From the NCBI GenBank assembly GCA_013239625.1, contig MU054391.1, positions 1,486,711 through 1,550,710 on the forward strand: 64,000 bases of DNA, given 5' to 3'. This document shows positions 12,969 to 25,174 of the stretch, in pieces. This stretch comes from Lama guanicoe. Taxonomy: Eukaryota. The notes under the pieces are model-generated. The model made no database searches. It was not told the DNA's origin and was given only the letters and a program-made list of their open reading frames with translations. The position numbers were made by a program, and so were the translations under genes. How positions within the stretch are numbered: position 1 is the stretch's first letter; each line of letters starts with the position of its first letter.

Positions 12969-15164
12969 CTAGACTGTGAGCCCTGAGGACGAGGGCTCTG
13001 GTACTGCCTCCCGCACCCTCACCTCCCCAAGCCTAAGCCCGTGCCCCCGTGTCTGTGAGGCCTGGGTCCGCACGGCAGAGACGCTGAGCAGCACCGAGGG
13101 TGGCGACACGCTAGCTGTCTGCCTTTGTCCCTGGCTCCATGGCTCTGGGTCCGGGTCCCCCCGAGTGGGAACCTGTGCACCCCACTCTCCCCACACAGGT
13201 GCCTGGGATGCTGGGCTTCGGGCAGTGGGTAAATGCAGGCGGCAGGGAAGGGACTCCCGCACGCACCCACGACCCCCTGGTTGAAGGCCTGAGGCCAGGA
13301 CAAGGGTGGAACATGAACTGGCCGTCGGGAGAGGCAACAGGTGTCCCTGGGGCAGCTGCAGGGGGGAAGGCCGTCCGACAGCGCCTGCAGGCCGGCCGGG
13401 CGGCTCTCACACGCAGCGTACAGGCCAGTGTGTGTCGCCACAGCATACGAACCAAAGCTACCCCCCGACAGGGGGGATCGGCGGTGGGGTAGTCCCGGTC
13501 GTTTCCACCTGGAAAGGAATCCTGCTCCTGTGACAGGGGAGCCGCTACCCCGATCGGGGAGGGTTTCCCGACATACCACATACAAAGCTCCCGGTGGCTG
13601 CTCCCCACACAGGGCTCCTCCCCGCACTGGTGAACGGAGCGGAGCGCGCGTCGCGGGGACAGTGCTGTCATGGGGACAGCCTGTGAGGCGGCCGCCGCTC
13701 CTGAGGCTCTGCGCCTGGCCGGGCTGCTATCTCTTCGCAAACTACAACCGGAGCCAGGGAGCGCTGTCACGGAAGTGGGTGCCACTCTCCCACCACGGAC
13801 GGAGAAACCGAGGTGAGCCGTGCGCCGGCAGGAAGCGGCGGATCCGAGTCCCACAGCTGGTGGGCAGGGCGCGTGCTGCCCTCCCGAGGCGCTGGCGCAG
13901 CCTCTCGGACCGCAGCGTGGCGAGGAAACCGGCCACGACGCCTCTCTCCTGACCCAGCCCCTTCCTCCTCTGGGGCGGGGCCGGGGAGCCGCATCCTTCT
14001 GCTCTGGCTGCATCTGACGCGTGAGGAGGAGTGTGAGGACGAAGGCAAGGACCTGGCCGGGTGCGGACGGCTGGAAAACGGAGCATCTGCGCTTTAGAGG
14101 CCGGTCCGTCGGGCGCTGTGGCCACTGGCTGGGACACAGTCTGATGGAGGAAAGGTTCTGGGAGCTGGACAGGAAGGGGGCCCAGCAGCACCTGGACGAG
14201 GCCCTGATGCCTCAGGCTCCAGCCACACCCTCCCACCCGGGCCCCCGGGGCACCGGGAGTGCACCGCCGTCTTCAGGAGGAACCCTCATCGGCCCGGCTC
14301 CCGCCCGGGTCCCAACAGAAGGACAGCTTCGTGGCACCGGACAGGTCCCCTCCGACGCTGCAACACGTCATTGCTCAAGCCGCAACACGCCCTTTGTCCT
14401 GCTGGGTTTTTAAGCACTTTCAGTCCCCTCCCTCAGTAAGACGACCCCAACCCGCTGGAACTGCAACAAAGCAGGAACTCCCCCTAATCCTTCCTCAGTT
14501 TAACGTCACCCCACATACTGAATATTTTAAAAGGCGCACACGTTAACAGTCTCTAAACAAGGACGCACGAAGGTCACACAGATTCATCCCTCGGCAGGAT
14601 GGCAGGCTCGGCCCGCGGTGGTGAGAAAGCTCTGTGGGGCGGGCGCCCCAGAGGCTCCATCCCCCGGGGGCCACACGATTCCCCTAGTGCGGGATCTGTG
14701 CTGACGTCGGGGGCGTAGACGCCCACCAGCCCCACTGCTCTGGGGCGCTTGCACAGCAGTGAGTCTTGGCTGCCTCACCCGGCACAGGTGCTCTGTGCAC
14801 CAGCCCGGGAGCCCTCCTGGTGCGGCAGGTAATCGCCCGAGGCAGCTGGCCTCCGCCTCCTCGCATGTCCCCGTGAGGACCGTCGCTGCAGGGATATGGG
14901 CCCGTGCGCAGATTCTGTACCCTGGATGTGAACGCCCTGGACTGACGCACCCCACCCCGCTAACAGTGTTGTGCGAACACCCAGTCTGTGAGCTCTTCCG
15001 AGGCAGGGCGGTGCTTTACTGGCTTTATATCCCCAGCCCTCAGCGCAGCGCCTGCAGGCGGGGTACCACTGCAGGGGGAACGGCCCGAACACCGACCGCT
15101 CTGCCCTGAGCCGGGTGACAGATCTCGTGCTCGGCCCCGAACACCTGCTACAGACCACGCTTTG

Positions 15165-15275
15165 AGAGTAAGCCTGGACTGAACCATGATGCTGTACGCC
15201 AGAAACTGACAACATTGTAAACAGGCTATTCTTCAATAAAAATTTTTTTACAGAGAATAAAAATAAAAAAATAAG
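15165..15275 (+). mobile_element. Short L1 3' end
   Basis: gactgaaccatgatgctgtacgccagaaactgacaacattgtaaac...cttcaataaa plus A-rich tail; homologous to 40310-40380. Confidence 0.75.
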
Positions 15276-15479
15276 CCTAGTTGTTGCCACTCCACCATTT
15301 AACAGTATTCTCTTAACACTCTTCTAGTTTCGTATAAGGTGCAGATCATTTTTGGAACTAAGTCTACTCACTCAGTAACAGCATTTATTAGAGGCCTGTG
15401 CCCCCAGCCCTGTGCTGGGTACAGACAGTTCAGAGATAAACATAAAACACTTACACTGAGGAAAAGGAAAGGGCTCACA

Positions 15480-16540
15480 CACACAACCTAACTTCGCACC
15501 TCAAGGAACTAGAAGAAGAACAACCCAAGCTCCAAGTTCGCAGAAGAGAGGAAATAATAACGATCAGAGCAGAAATAAATGCAGCAGAAACCAGACAAAC
15601 ACTAGGAAAGATCGATAAGACTCAGCTGTTCTTTGGAAAGTTCAACAGAATTGACAGACCTGTAGCCAGACCCCCAAGAAGGAAAGAGAGGTGCTTTACA
15701 ATAAACAAAACAAGAAACGAAGAGGAGGCGTTACAGCTGACGCCACCAAGATGCAAAGGATCGAAGGAGGTCCCTGTCAACAGGTAAACGCCAGCAAACT
15801 GGGTAACCTGCAAGGAATGGGTAAGTCCTAGAAACATACGACCTACCAAGAAGAAACAGGAAATCTGAGCAGACCGATGACGAATAAGGAAACTGAGTCA
15901 GTGATCAAAACCCTCCCAGCAAAGAAAGGCAGCATGGCTTCACCGGTGAAGCCTACCTAACACTTAAAAAAGGATCAACACCAAGCTTTCTACACGCTTC
16001 CAGAAAGCTCAAGAGGAGAGAACACGCCCAAACTCGCTTTACCAGGCCAGCATCCCCCGGTCAGCACACAGATAAGGGCACTGCAGGAACAGGAAACCGT
16101 CGACCAATGTCCCTGGTGAATACAGATGCAAAAATGCTCAACAAAACATCAACAAGTCAAATTCCGCAACGCAGTCAAAGGACGCTGCAGCATGATCTCG
16201 TGGGATTTATCCCCGGGGTGCAGGGATGGGCCGACGTACACAAGCCAGCACCTGTGATGCGCGTTAACAGAATGAGAGATAAAAAGCTGTGAGCACCTCC
16301 ATAGATACGGGAAAAGCACTTGACAAAATTCAACGTCTTTGCATGATAAAACTCACCAGATTAGGTGCAGAAGGAACATAGCTCAACGTGATAAAGGCCA
16401 CACATGACAGGCCCCCAGCAGCACCAGGCTCCCCAGGGAGAGACTGACAGCCTCCCCGAGGTCAGGAGCAGACGAGGTCGCCGCTCTCGCCGCTGCTGCT
16501 CCGCGTGAGGAGCTGGTCAGCTGGCGGGCGGGTCTGCGTC
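15480..16540 (+). mobile_element. Degenerate LINE-1 ORF2 fragment (Z domain/RT start)
   Basis: SLVNTDAKMLNK...HDLVGFIPGVQGW resembles L1 ORF2 SLMNIDAKILNK...HDQVGFIPGMQGW. Frame is broken by stops and frameshifts. Confidence 0.9.
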
Positions 16541-16749
16541 TGCGTCTGCCTGTGGTCGCCGTGCTCGGAGCGGACGCCGCCAAGGAGAAGCTGGAGGCTA
16601 ACGTCCGGTCGGCAGCCGGAGCCCAGAGAGATGCCGGCCCCAGTTCTTGTGGAAACAGGAAGGGAACTGACAGTTCATGGGACACCTGCTCGTGCCGGGA
16701 CCTTGTGGTCATCAAACAATTTAACCTGCACCTTCAGGATGAGGGCGTG

Positions 16750-16860
16750 GTTCTCTTTTTACAGATGAGGAAACTATTGCCCAGAACAAGGGATCGCCCA
16801 AGTGCCCCGGCTAGTAATGGGGCTGTGATCCCAACCCAGGCCCCCTGGCTGCAGATCCCA
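16750..16860 (-). mobile_element. MIR fragment
   Basis: ttttacagatgaggaaact...gcccaag...ctagtaatggggctg...cccaacccagg. Confidence 0.7.
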
Positions 16861-17132
16861 TGACCCCATCCCTGCCCCAGGCTGCTGGGGGCGAGGAGTA
16901 AAGGTGACAGAGGCAGCAAGGCCCACGCCCCCGCAGGCGTGCGACGTGCTCCGAGGTCATCGCTGGGGCCTGGCCTGGCCTAGGTGAGCTGCACGGGCGG
17001 GCGGGTGTGGGCCCTGCCTCTCTGTCCACAAGTGGCATCAGGGCCCACGGGCATGACTGTCCTGTGCCCTCGGATGTGCCGGGGCAGCTCTGCAGCTCTC
17101 CATGTGGCTGATTAAACTCAAACAAAATCGGA

Positions 17133-17282
17133 GAGGGAGGGTGTAGCTCAGTGGTAGACCATGTGCTTAGCATGCATGAGGTACTGGGTTCAATCCCTGG
17201 TACCTCCATCAAAAAATAGATAAATAAATAAACTTAATTACCTCCCCCACCAAAGCAAAACAAACACACACGCACGTGCACA

Positions 17283-17316
<34 letters not shown>

Positions 17317-17318
17317 GA
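17133..17318 (+). mobile_element. tRNA-Ala-derived SINE (camelid vic-1-like) with (CA)n tail
   Basis: A box TAGCTCAGTGG, B box GGTTCAATCC, tail AAATAAATAAACTTAATTACCTCCCCC. Apparent target-site duplication TCAAACAAAAT (17118-17128) / TCAAACGAAAT (17319-17329). Confidence 0.85.
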
Positions 17319-19039
17319 TCAAACGAAATGAATCTCCCCCCATGGCCAACTGCTCTTCCGGATATAAACATGCATCTGTCCAAAAGGCCTGGCTTCAGGA
17401 GGGCCCTGTGGGGCAGCTGTGTGGCAGCCACTGCCCAGGAACGATTCAGTGTCCTCAGTCACGGTCAGAGCCAGAGACTGCCCTGTGGCCTGGAGAGCGT
17501 GGCTGCAGGGGCAGCTGGCCATGCTCTGACCAGCACCAGCGTTAACTCTGACACTCGGAGGGCAGGGCAGGGAGTGTCCAGCCGTGAGCCCGGACCCAGT
17601 GTCAGAGCTGGCAGAGCCGTGAGGTCACAGGTCGGCTTCCCCGTGTTGTGCCTGGAGGCCGGAGGGAAGGAGGGACCCCACCCACGTCGCCCGGCCAGGA
17701 AGTGCCCGGACAGAGGGCCACTGGCTACTTGGTGACCTCACAATGGCAAAGCCACTGCATGCTGGCCGTGCACTCGTCCACCCCTCTGGGTCTGGTTCCT
17801 CCCTGGGGACGTCGGGGACCACGCGCCCCCTGTGCCGGCGGACACTTGGCTGCCTTGTTCACGCACCACGTGGTGCCCACTCAGTGCCCGCGTGCGCACC
17901 AGGCCAGGCACTGTGCCAGGGCCCCCGGGCCTCCACCAGGGAGGGAGGGAGCAGGCCCTGAGGCAAGGGTGGAGGGACTGGTTCCAGGAAAGAGGACCAC
18001 GGGGACCTCGGAGAAGGGGTGCTTCCAGTGCCCTGAGCCCGACCCAGGAGCTCTCACGGCACTGGGCTGCGGTGACAGCAGTCGAGCCAATGGGCGTGGC
18101 CGTGTTCACCCAAGACACGGGGTTGACTCTGACCAAGTCTGACGGGTGCTGAGATTCTGAGAACAGGGGCGGAGGCTGCAGGCCCTCCCAGGACCCCCGC
18201 CGCTGGCGGGAGAAGTTTGTGCCGAGGCGGCTGCTCATGTCTGGCCTCTGGTGCTGGGGCCCGCGACCGGTCCTGGGGGGCGCCCGACGGCTCCGCCCGC
18301 CAGGGCCGCTCTCCCCGCCACCACCGTGCAGGCACCATTTAAACGGCACCAGATGACAAGGGAAAGGCAGTTCTCACATACCCATTTCCCACACACTCAC
18401 TGAGCAGGAAGACACAGCAGGGCATGAATTACTGTGCAACAGCTCCTGCCTGGAAGCAGTTTTAGGCACAAAAGTCGGAGGAGTCATCATTATCATTTAT
18501 TCAGTTCTATTTTTCTTTCTCACACTGTAAAAAAATCAAGTCTACATCTAAACCCATCACAGCGACATCACAGAGGATGGGCCACCAGCCTCGACGGCTT
18601 AGGAAAACCAGCAGCCGAGCGGCAGCAGCTCCGGAGAGCTCCCCACTCCCGTCAGCCTGCAGCCTGTTACTGGGGATGAAGATGAGCACCAGTTCTTACT
18701 GGGCCTAAAATACGAGGCCAAAGAAGGAAAGCAGCTAAAAGGCCCTTGGGGGGCTGGGCACGCCCAGCAGGGCCTCCTGGGGATGTGGTGGGCCCTGGGC
18801 GCAGGAGGCCAGACGCTCCCGCATCTGATGGTGCAGCGGGCCCTGCAGCCCCGCCCCGCCCCTACCCCGGGACCACCCCAGTGCAGGCTCGATCACCTGC
18901 AGAGTTTATGGTGGCGTCTCGAGGTCAGACCTGCAGGTCGGCAAGAGCGCTCGGATCAGGACAGAAGAGGGTCAGCGGAGGGTGCGCAGAGGTGAGGGAG
19001 ATGGGGCAGTGCGGGACTGTGCGGTCCCCAGGGGGTGGG

Positions 19040-19240
19040 GGAAGTCTCAGTGGCCCGAGTGCCTCCGTGAGCACCTGGGCACGTCCGCTGAGGTCGGAAA
19101 TGAGAGGGGAGCCCACTAGGGGAGGTGTAAATAATGGGGAGACTTGGGGGGCAGGTATGAGAACTGTCTACTTTCTGCTCAGTTTTTCTGTGAACCCAAA
19201 ACTGCCTTAAAAGCTTTAAATTTTTAATTAGTAGACTTTT
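19040..19240 (+). mobile_element. L1MC-type 3' end
   Basis: ctactttctgctcagtttttctgtgaacccaaaactgccttaaaa is characteristic of an ancient L1 3' UTR. Confidence 0.65.
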
Positions 19241-20369
19241 TTGGAATGTCTATTAACTTTTTAAAAAGCCAGACATGCCCACAAAACCTTGTGCAAGAGT
19301 TCAAAGGGTCCAGCCTTGGCTTCCGCCCAGGGAGTGGCGGGGCTCACGAGCCCCTGGCTGCCCTCACTCACCCTCCTGTGTCGGTGGCAAGGCTGCAGCG
19401 AGTCTCCCTCCATTAAGGACACAGTTCCTGGGGGGGCCTGCCCATGGCATGGGGTCTGAAGACGCCAGGTTGGAGGGTGAGGCCCATTTGTGGGCCCCAT
19501 GGATGGGAGGAGTGGGGCGGTTGGTGCCCCCAGACCCCAGGCTCACCCCACCTGCAGGCCCCGGGGTCCTGATGCCTCTCCTCATGCAGGCACTGCGTTG
19601 GCCCGGTGTAGGGCCTCGTGACGTCCCGGCAGGAGTGGGTCCTGTTCCCAGAGCCACTGCTTCCAAAGCAGGGTCCCTGGAGCTGGGGGGCGGGGACTGC
19701 CCCTCAGACTTGCCCAGATGCTTCAGGAGGCCTTAGGGAAGACACTGCTGTGGGCCAGCCAGCACCCAGGAGGCTCCAGGTTCCTGGGGATGCCTGTCCC
19801 AAACACCAGCTTGCCACCAGGGGTCGAGCCCCGAAATAGAAAGGATGTGGCCCCTGGGCTTAGGCAGGGCTGACCCTGTGCTGCCCTACTCATGTGGAAA
19901 CCTTGTCCACAGTGGGATATGCAGCTAAAAATGGGCCAGCTTCACCAGGAGAGCTGATGCTGCAAGACAGTTAGTCACCGACCACACACGCCATCCCCGG
20001 GCAGCGCCCAGGGGCTCTGGAGGCACTGGTCACCGGAGAGCCTCGAAGACGGTCAGGCACCCGGCCCGCCCTAATCCGGGTAGGCCTGTTACACCTCCAG
20101 CCAAGGCACTGCGACAGACGGGTCCCTGCGACGTGCAGGCTGGGCAACCCCTCCTAAAGCCCCAAGGACCCAGGAGAGAAGCCAGGCACACACGAGGGGC
20201 CACATGGGTGCCCAGCAGACAGCGCAGCGGAGCCCAGCCGGGACGGGGCCAGCCGTCCCCTGCCCCAGTCCTGCCCCAAGGTTACCCCAGCAGGGTCAGC
20301 TGGCTGCCGCTTCCACCCCTAGGTTTGGGGTTGGTTTGTTCTGAGCCTGGGGTGACCGGACACATCCGT

Positions 20370-20470
20370 TACCCATTATTATAATTTATAGAGGAAGAAA
20401 CTGAAGCTCAGAGACTAAGCGTCGTGTCCAAGATGCCACGGCTCCCAGAGCCTCCAGGCTCAATTCACAC
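20370..20470 (-). mobile_element. MIR fragment
   Basis: atttatagaggaagaaactgaagctcagagactaag...gtccaagat. Confidence 0.65.
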
Positions 20471-21582
20471 CAGGTTTTTTTAAAAGAGCACGTGCCCTGT
20501 TCCCAGGCACACGCCCAGCCCGCGTGCTGACCACCAGCATCCCCAGCCCGCCTCTCCCCGATGCCCTGAGTGCCCAAACTGGGGGGACTCGGCTGCAGGC
20601 CCCCACTCACGAGGGGTGGGAGGTGGGGTGACTCTGCCCAAGTCCCCCACTGCTCCCCGCCTTCCCCAGGTAACTGGCTCTGAACACCTTCAGCAACAGC
20701 TGGTGGCTACAAGCCTCAAAGCGGCCTGACTTTTCCAAATTAAACATCCATCAGCCGCAAAGCCAGGCCCTCCTTCCCTGGGATTCGCCGGGGGTCCTGA
20801 CACCCTCTGCTGACATTTACAAATGACTGCACCGTGTCGGGAGGGACAGACCCAGGAGGGCCCAGAACCCACCATTCCAACAGCCTGGGTCACAGACGCC
20901 AACCCCAGCCTCGGGGAGTCCGGGCATGTCTCTCACCAGGGTCGGCGAGGAGGAGCTGCCGGCGTGTGAGGGACCAGCAGAGGCCACTTCCTGGTGGGAC
21001 CTGGTCCTCAGTCACGTGTGCATGCATGATGTGCAGGGAGGGCCAGCTCAGCCGTGGGGGGAGGCCTGCCTCACCCCACTGTCCTCCCCACCTCCCTCCG
21101 TCTCAGGACCCAGAGGCCCAATGATGCCTCCACGTGGCCTCATGTGCTGCCTGGATCCAGAGAGACACGGACAGATGCCCTGTCCACCTGCATGTGACTT
21201 CAGGCCTCTCTCCCAGGAAGAAGCCCTAAGCCCAAGCAGTCCTGCGGGGCGGCCAAGCAGATCTTGTCCCCAAAGGCCTCTCGGGTGACAGCACCCCACC
21301 TGGGCCTGTGCGTCAGGTGGTGTTGGAGAGCCAGTCCCCACCTGCCCGAGGGCCCCACCTAGGAACCTGGGAACTGGGCACCTGGGGGACAGAGCCTCCC
21401 CCCTGCACGGGCTGGGAGCCTGCACCCGCTCCAGGGGCTCCCTCCTGTGAGCCGTCCCTGTGAGCTGTGCGGGGCCGAGATGTCACCTCCCAGACGAGGA
21501 GACAGGGCTCTCCTAAGAAACACCTGGGCTGCTGACGCCGGTTCTGGCCTCCATCAAGGAGAATGGGGTACCCCGTCCTGGA

Positions 21583-21904
21583 TGCCGTGGATGAACTGTG
21601 TCCCCCAGATTCATGTGTTGAAGCCGGAGCCCCCCGGAAGGGGCCTTTGGGAGGCAGCGAGGTCAGGAGGGCGGAGCCTCGTGGGGATCGGTGCCCTGAT
21701 CAAAGGGACCCCAGAGAGCGAGATGCTCCCTCTCTCCCCCCATGAGGATGCAACACGAGGAGGGGCCGTCTGCAGGCCTGGAAGCTGGTCCTCATCAGAC
21801 CCCGACCACACCACCACCCCAACCTCGGACGTCCGGCCCCCAGGGCTGTGAGACTTGTCTGCGGGGTGTGGTGTCCTGGCACAGCCCCCAACGGGGCTGA
21901 GGCA
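21583..21904 (+). mobile_element. MaLR solo LTR (MLT1A/MLT1A0-like)
   Basis: tgtgtcccccagattcatgtgttgaa...gggcctttgggagg...ccctgatcaaagggaccccagagagc...cccccagggctgtgaga, with TG..CA ends. Confidence 0.8.
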
Positions 21905-23114
21905 CCAGGGAAGGGTGGCCCCCGGTCACCTGGGTGCTGGTGAGAGTGCGGGGTCTCCTGGCCCTCCCTCTGTGCCCGACTCCCAGTCCGCTGCCCACTG
22001 GCCATCCCTGCCCCTACCCCACAGGCTGCACCCAGCGTCTCAAACTCACTGTGCCTGAAACAGGATGACCGATAACCCCCTCAGGCCACAACAGCCACAA
22101 ATAAAGATTCTCGTCTCCTCCAGCTCAGCCTGGGGAAGACTCCTCGGGCCCCTGAGTTATAGGAGAAATTGCGCATGAAGCCCTGAGGCACTGCCGCTCC
22201 CCCATCGGCGCCCACCCATGCCCGTGGGTCATGTTTCCAAGGCGACTGCTGCATCCTGCGAGCGGTCCAGGCTTTCTCAGTGCCTCCTGCTGGGTTCTCT
22301 CCCGTCCGTCCTCGCTGGTTCACAGGGCAGTGAGACAGAACCACGAGTGGTCAGGGCACGTGCCCCACCCGACACCCACCACGGGCACCCGGCACTCTGA
22401 TCCTGGGTCTGCTCTGCCCAGGCTGTGCCTTCTCCTGGGGGGCCTTCCCCGCCCGGGCCTGCCCTCAGAGGGGGTGCCGGGGCCTCAGGGGACAGGACGG
22501 TCACCCAGCTCACTGGGGCCTGTCCCTGTGGGGAGAGTGAAGAGCCCAGTAAGCTCCCGCGGTCGCTCTCCGTGGCGCCCGGTGAAGGCCCTCCAGCACC
22601 AGCCGTTCCCTCGGCCCTTCCTCCTGCTGACCGGGGGCGGGGGTCACGCTGAGCTCTGGGCACACGGACTCAGGATGGAGCGTGTCCCAGGTGCAGCCAG
22701 AGCCAGGGGAAGCTTTTTGGTTTCATTTGAAACCTGCAAAACGGTCATTCCACCCTCCTCTCCATCTAAGAATTGCAGCTAGAAGGAGCCTCCAACCGCA
22801 AAGCTGCCAGCGGGAGAGCCTCACGCCCCTCCGTCCCCCGGGGCAGGTGGCCATGCTTGTGGCCCCATCGCAGCCCAAATCAGTCTGCGATAAGACTCCC
22901 TCAAGGGCCTCCCACCTGCAGGGCCCTCCCCCCGCCCGTCCTCATCCTTCGGGGCGTGCAGTTTCCAGAGGACCAGAGACTCTTCCCGCCTCTGCTCAGG
23001 GCCCCCAGGGTGCCTGGCCCCCACCTCCAGGCATCTGATCACGCTGTGGTCACACACGTGTTACATGTATTATCTTCTCTCCTGTCTCATTCTCAGCCTG
23101 GGGAACCAGAGTGA

Positions 23115-23270
23115 CCTGTCCACCCATCCTTCCACCGGTCCCTCCATCTCTCCCCATGCCCCTCCCCCCTCCCCCTCCCATCCCCCATCTCCCATCCCTC
23201 CCCATCCCTCCACTCAACCCTCCATCCTCACATCGCCCCATCCCTCCGTCCACCCATCCACCCATCAGTC
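23115..23270. repeat. C-rich low-complexity tract (CCCAT/CCCT)
   Basis: Directly visible. G-rich on the minus strand. Confidence 0.9.
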
Positions 23271-23479
23271 TTTGAGCACCCGCGCACCAGGCCCTGAGCG
23301 CACGCAAGAGCGAGCACGCGGCACCATTAGCATTTACTCCCACGGGCAGGTGCCGCGGGGAGGGAGTCGTGTGAGAGGAGTAACGCGGGAGAGCTGCTTC
23401 AGATCCAGTGTCAGGGAGCCGCTCTGGGAACTTCAGCACAGTTAACTAAGCAAACACGAAGGGCGCCCCCTGCGTGCCT

Positions 23480-23960
23480 TGGTGCTGGTGGCAGGGGCTT
23501 GGCACGTGGCCCACAGGGATAGGAGGCCAACCTCTGCCCTAGGAAGCGGACATTTCTGTTTACACAGATACCGACACACGAAGGTTTACAGCAGCTGCTC
23601 ACAGCCACCCAAAACTGGAAACAGCACGCTGGCCTTCTTCGGCGGACAGATAAGCAGCCCGCGGCAGGTGCGCCGAGGACTCCAGCAGCGCACAATACAA
23701 AGGAACAAAGACCGTGCACACAGCAGCCGGAGAGCTGGCGGGTGCTGCGCTGAGCGGAAGCCGGTCTCAGAGAACCAGGCCCCACCCGAGTCGTCTGTAG
23801 GACACCCTCAGAAAGACAGCCGGACGGGGGGCTCCCGGGGCTGCGGCGGCCCCGGGGGCAGCACAGGCAGTCTGGGTCACGAACAGCCGCTCTGCCTGTA
23901 GACTGCGGTGGCGGTTACGTGGCTTGGTACATGTGTTAAAACTCACCGACTTCACACAGG
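23480..23960 (+). mobile_element. Ancient L1M 3' region, GC-shifted
   Basis: Motifs cccaaaactggaaacagc and ggtggcggttacgtggcttggtacatgtgttaaaactcaccgac are typical of old L1 ORF2 end/3' UTR. Confidence 0.6.
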
Positions 23961-25174
23961 AACAGAGCAAAAGCAGAGGCACCAGGCACCCACCCGGCCC
24001 CGCTCAGCGGCTTCATCGCAGGGGGGACAGGTCCTCAGGGCCAAGCCCTGTGGTCCCACCAGCCTGCCGCGTCCTGGCCGGGCCGGGCCGCCCCACCTCA
24101 GGGCCTGCGCACACCGTCCCCTTGCTGGGCCCTCCCGCGGTGCGCCCACGCGGTCAGCCCCATCCCCAAACCTGGGTGTCTGCCCCACATCGCTGCCCTG
24201 CGAGGCCCCCGCTTGGGACCCCCTCACCCGCTCCTGCTCCCCATGGCTCCCCGCAGCCCTGCTCTGCACTCGACCGGGCATCCAGCCTGTGTTCAGACAA
24301 CACACCACAAGCCCCTGGCCGGCAGGGTGGCCGACCCCACGTAAGTGCAGATCTTTGCCTCACTCCCCGCGGCACCTGCAGGTCTCCCAGCGACGGCCAC
24401 ACAGGAGGCCCCAGCTAACTCCTATTAACGGTCTTCTCCTACCTAAGTGACACGAACTGGGGGGGGGGCTTCCTCAGAGCGGCTGCCCATTCCTCACGTG
24501 CAGGTCGCACCTGGAACAGGACCCCTGTCCGCCCACCCCCACAGCCCCCACCTGCCCCACAACCTCTCACCCAAAAGAGAAGAAACAAAACCCAGACGTG
24601 CCCCTCTGGGCTCACAGCAGAGTCAGGAAACACCGCACAGACACGGCGGGGCCAGCCGGCTTCGGCACTTAGCACGAGTCCATTTTCAGACTAAAGCCTG
24701 TCGTGAACAAGGCCCAAGCCTGACGGCTGCCTGGGGACAGTCTCTCCCTCTCAGAACAGGTGGGACGCCCGGGAGGCCGCGGCCAGAACACACCCTGGAC
24801 TCACAGGAGGAGGAGCCGGCAAGGGTCCTGGGCTCAGAGTTTTGGGGTCACCTGGGGGTGGGGCTGACCCCGCAACTCGGGGTTTCAACAGGTAGGCTGG
24901 GGGTGGCCCCGGAGCACGTGTGTGACGTCGGGGTGACAAGGATGCCATCAGTGGGACCCTGTGGGGAACGGCGCAGGGGACCCCTGGTCACAAACGGTGT
25001 CGGGACTCCCCCAGGCCACGGTCTGCGCTCGGGCTGGTCAGCGCCGGGACGCAGCGTGGGAGGCCCCTCTGCCTTCTTCTGGGCCGGGACGGAGGGTCTG
25101 AACAGGCCCCAGGCGACAAGGCCACACTGGGGGCAGAGCTCCAGAGAGAACGAGCCGGGGCCCAGGCAGCACGG

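Noticed and set aside
13111..14013. 300-aa ORF and overlapping ORFs
   Set aside because: Pro/Arg/Gly/Ala-rich, with several frames open on both strands and no domain motifs. This is expected from stop-codon scarcity at high GC.
17136..17208. tRNA-Ala(AGC) gene
   Set aside because: It is followed by an A-rich SINE tail and flanked by a TSD, has mismatches in its stems, and has a second diverged copy at 6572. It is a tRNA-derived SINE.
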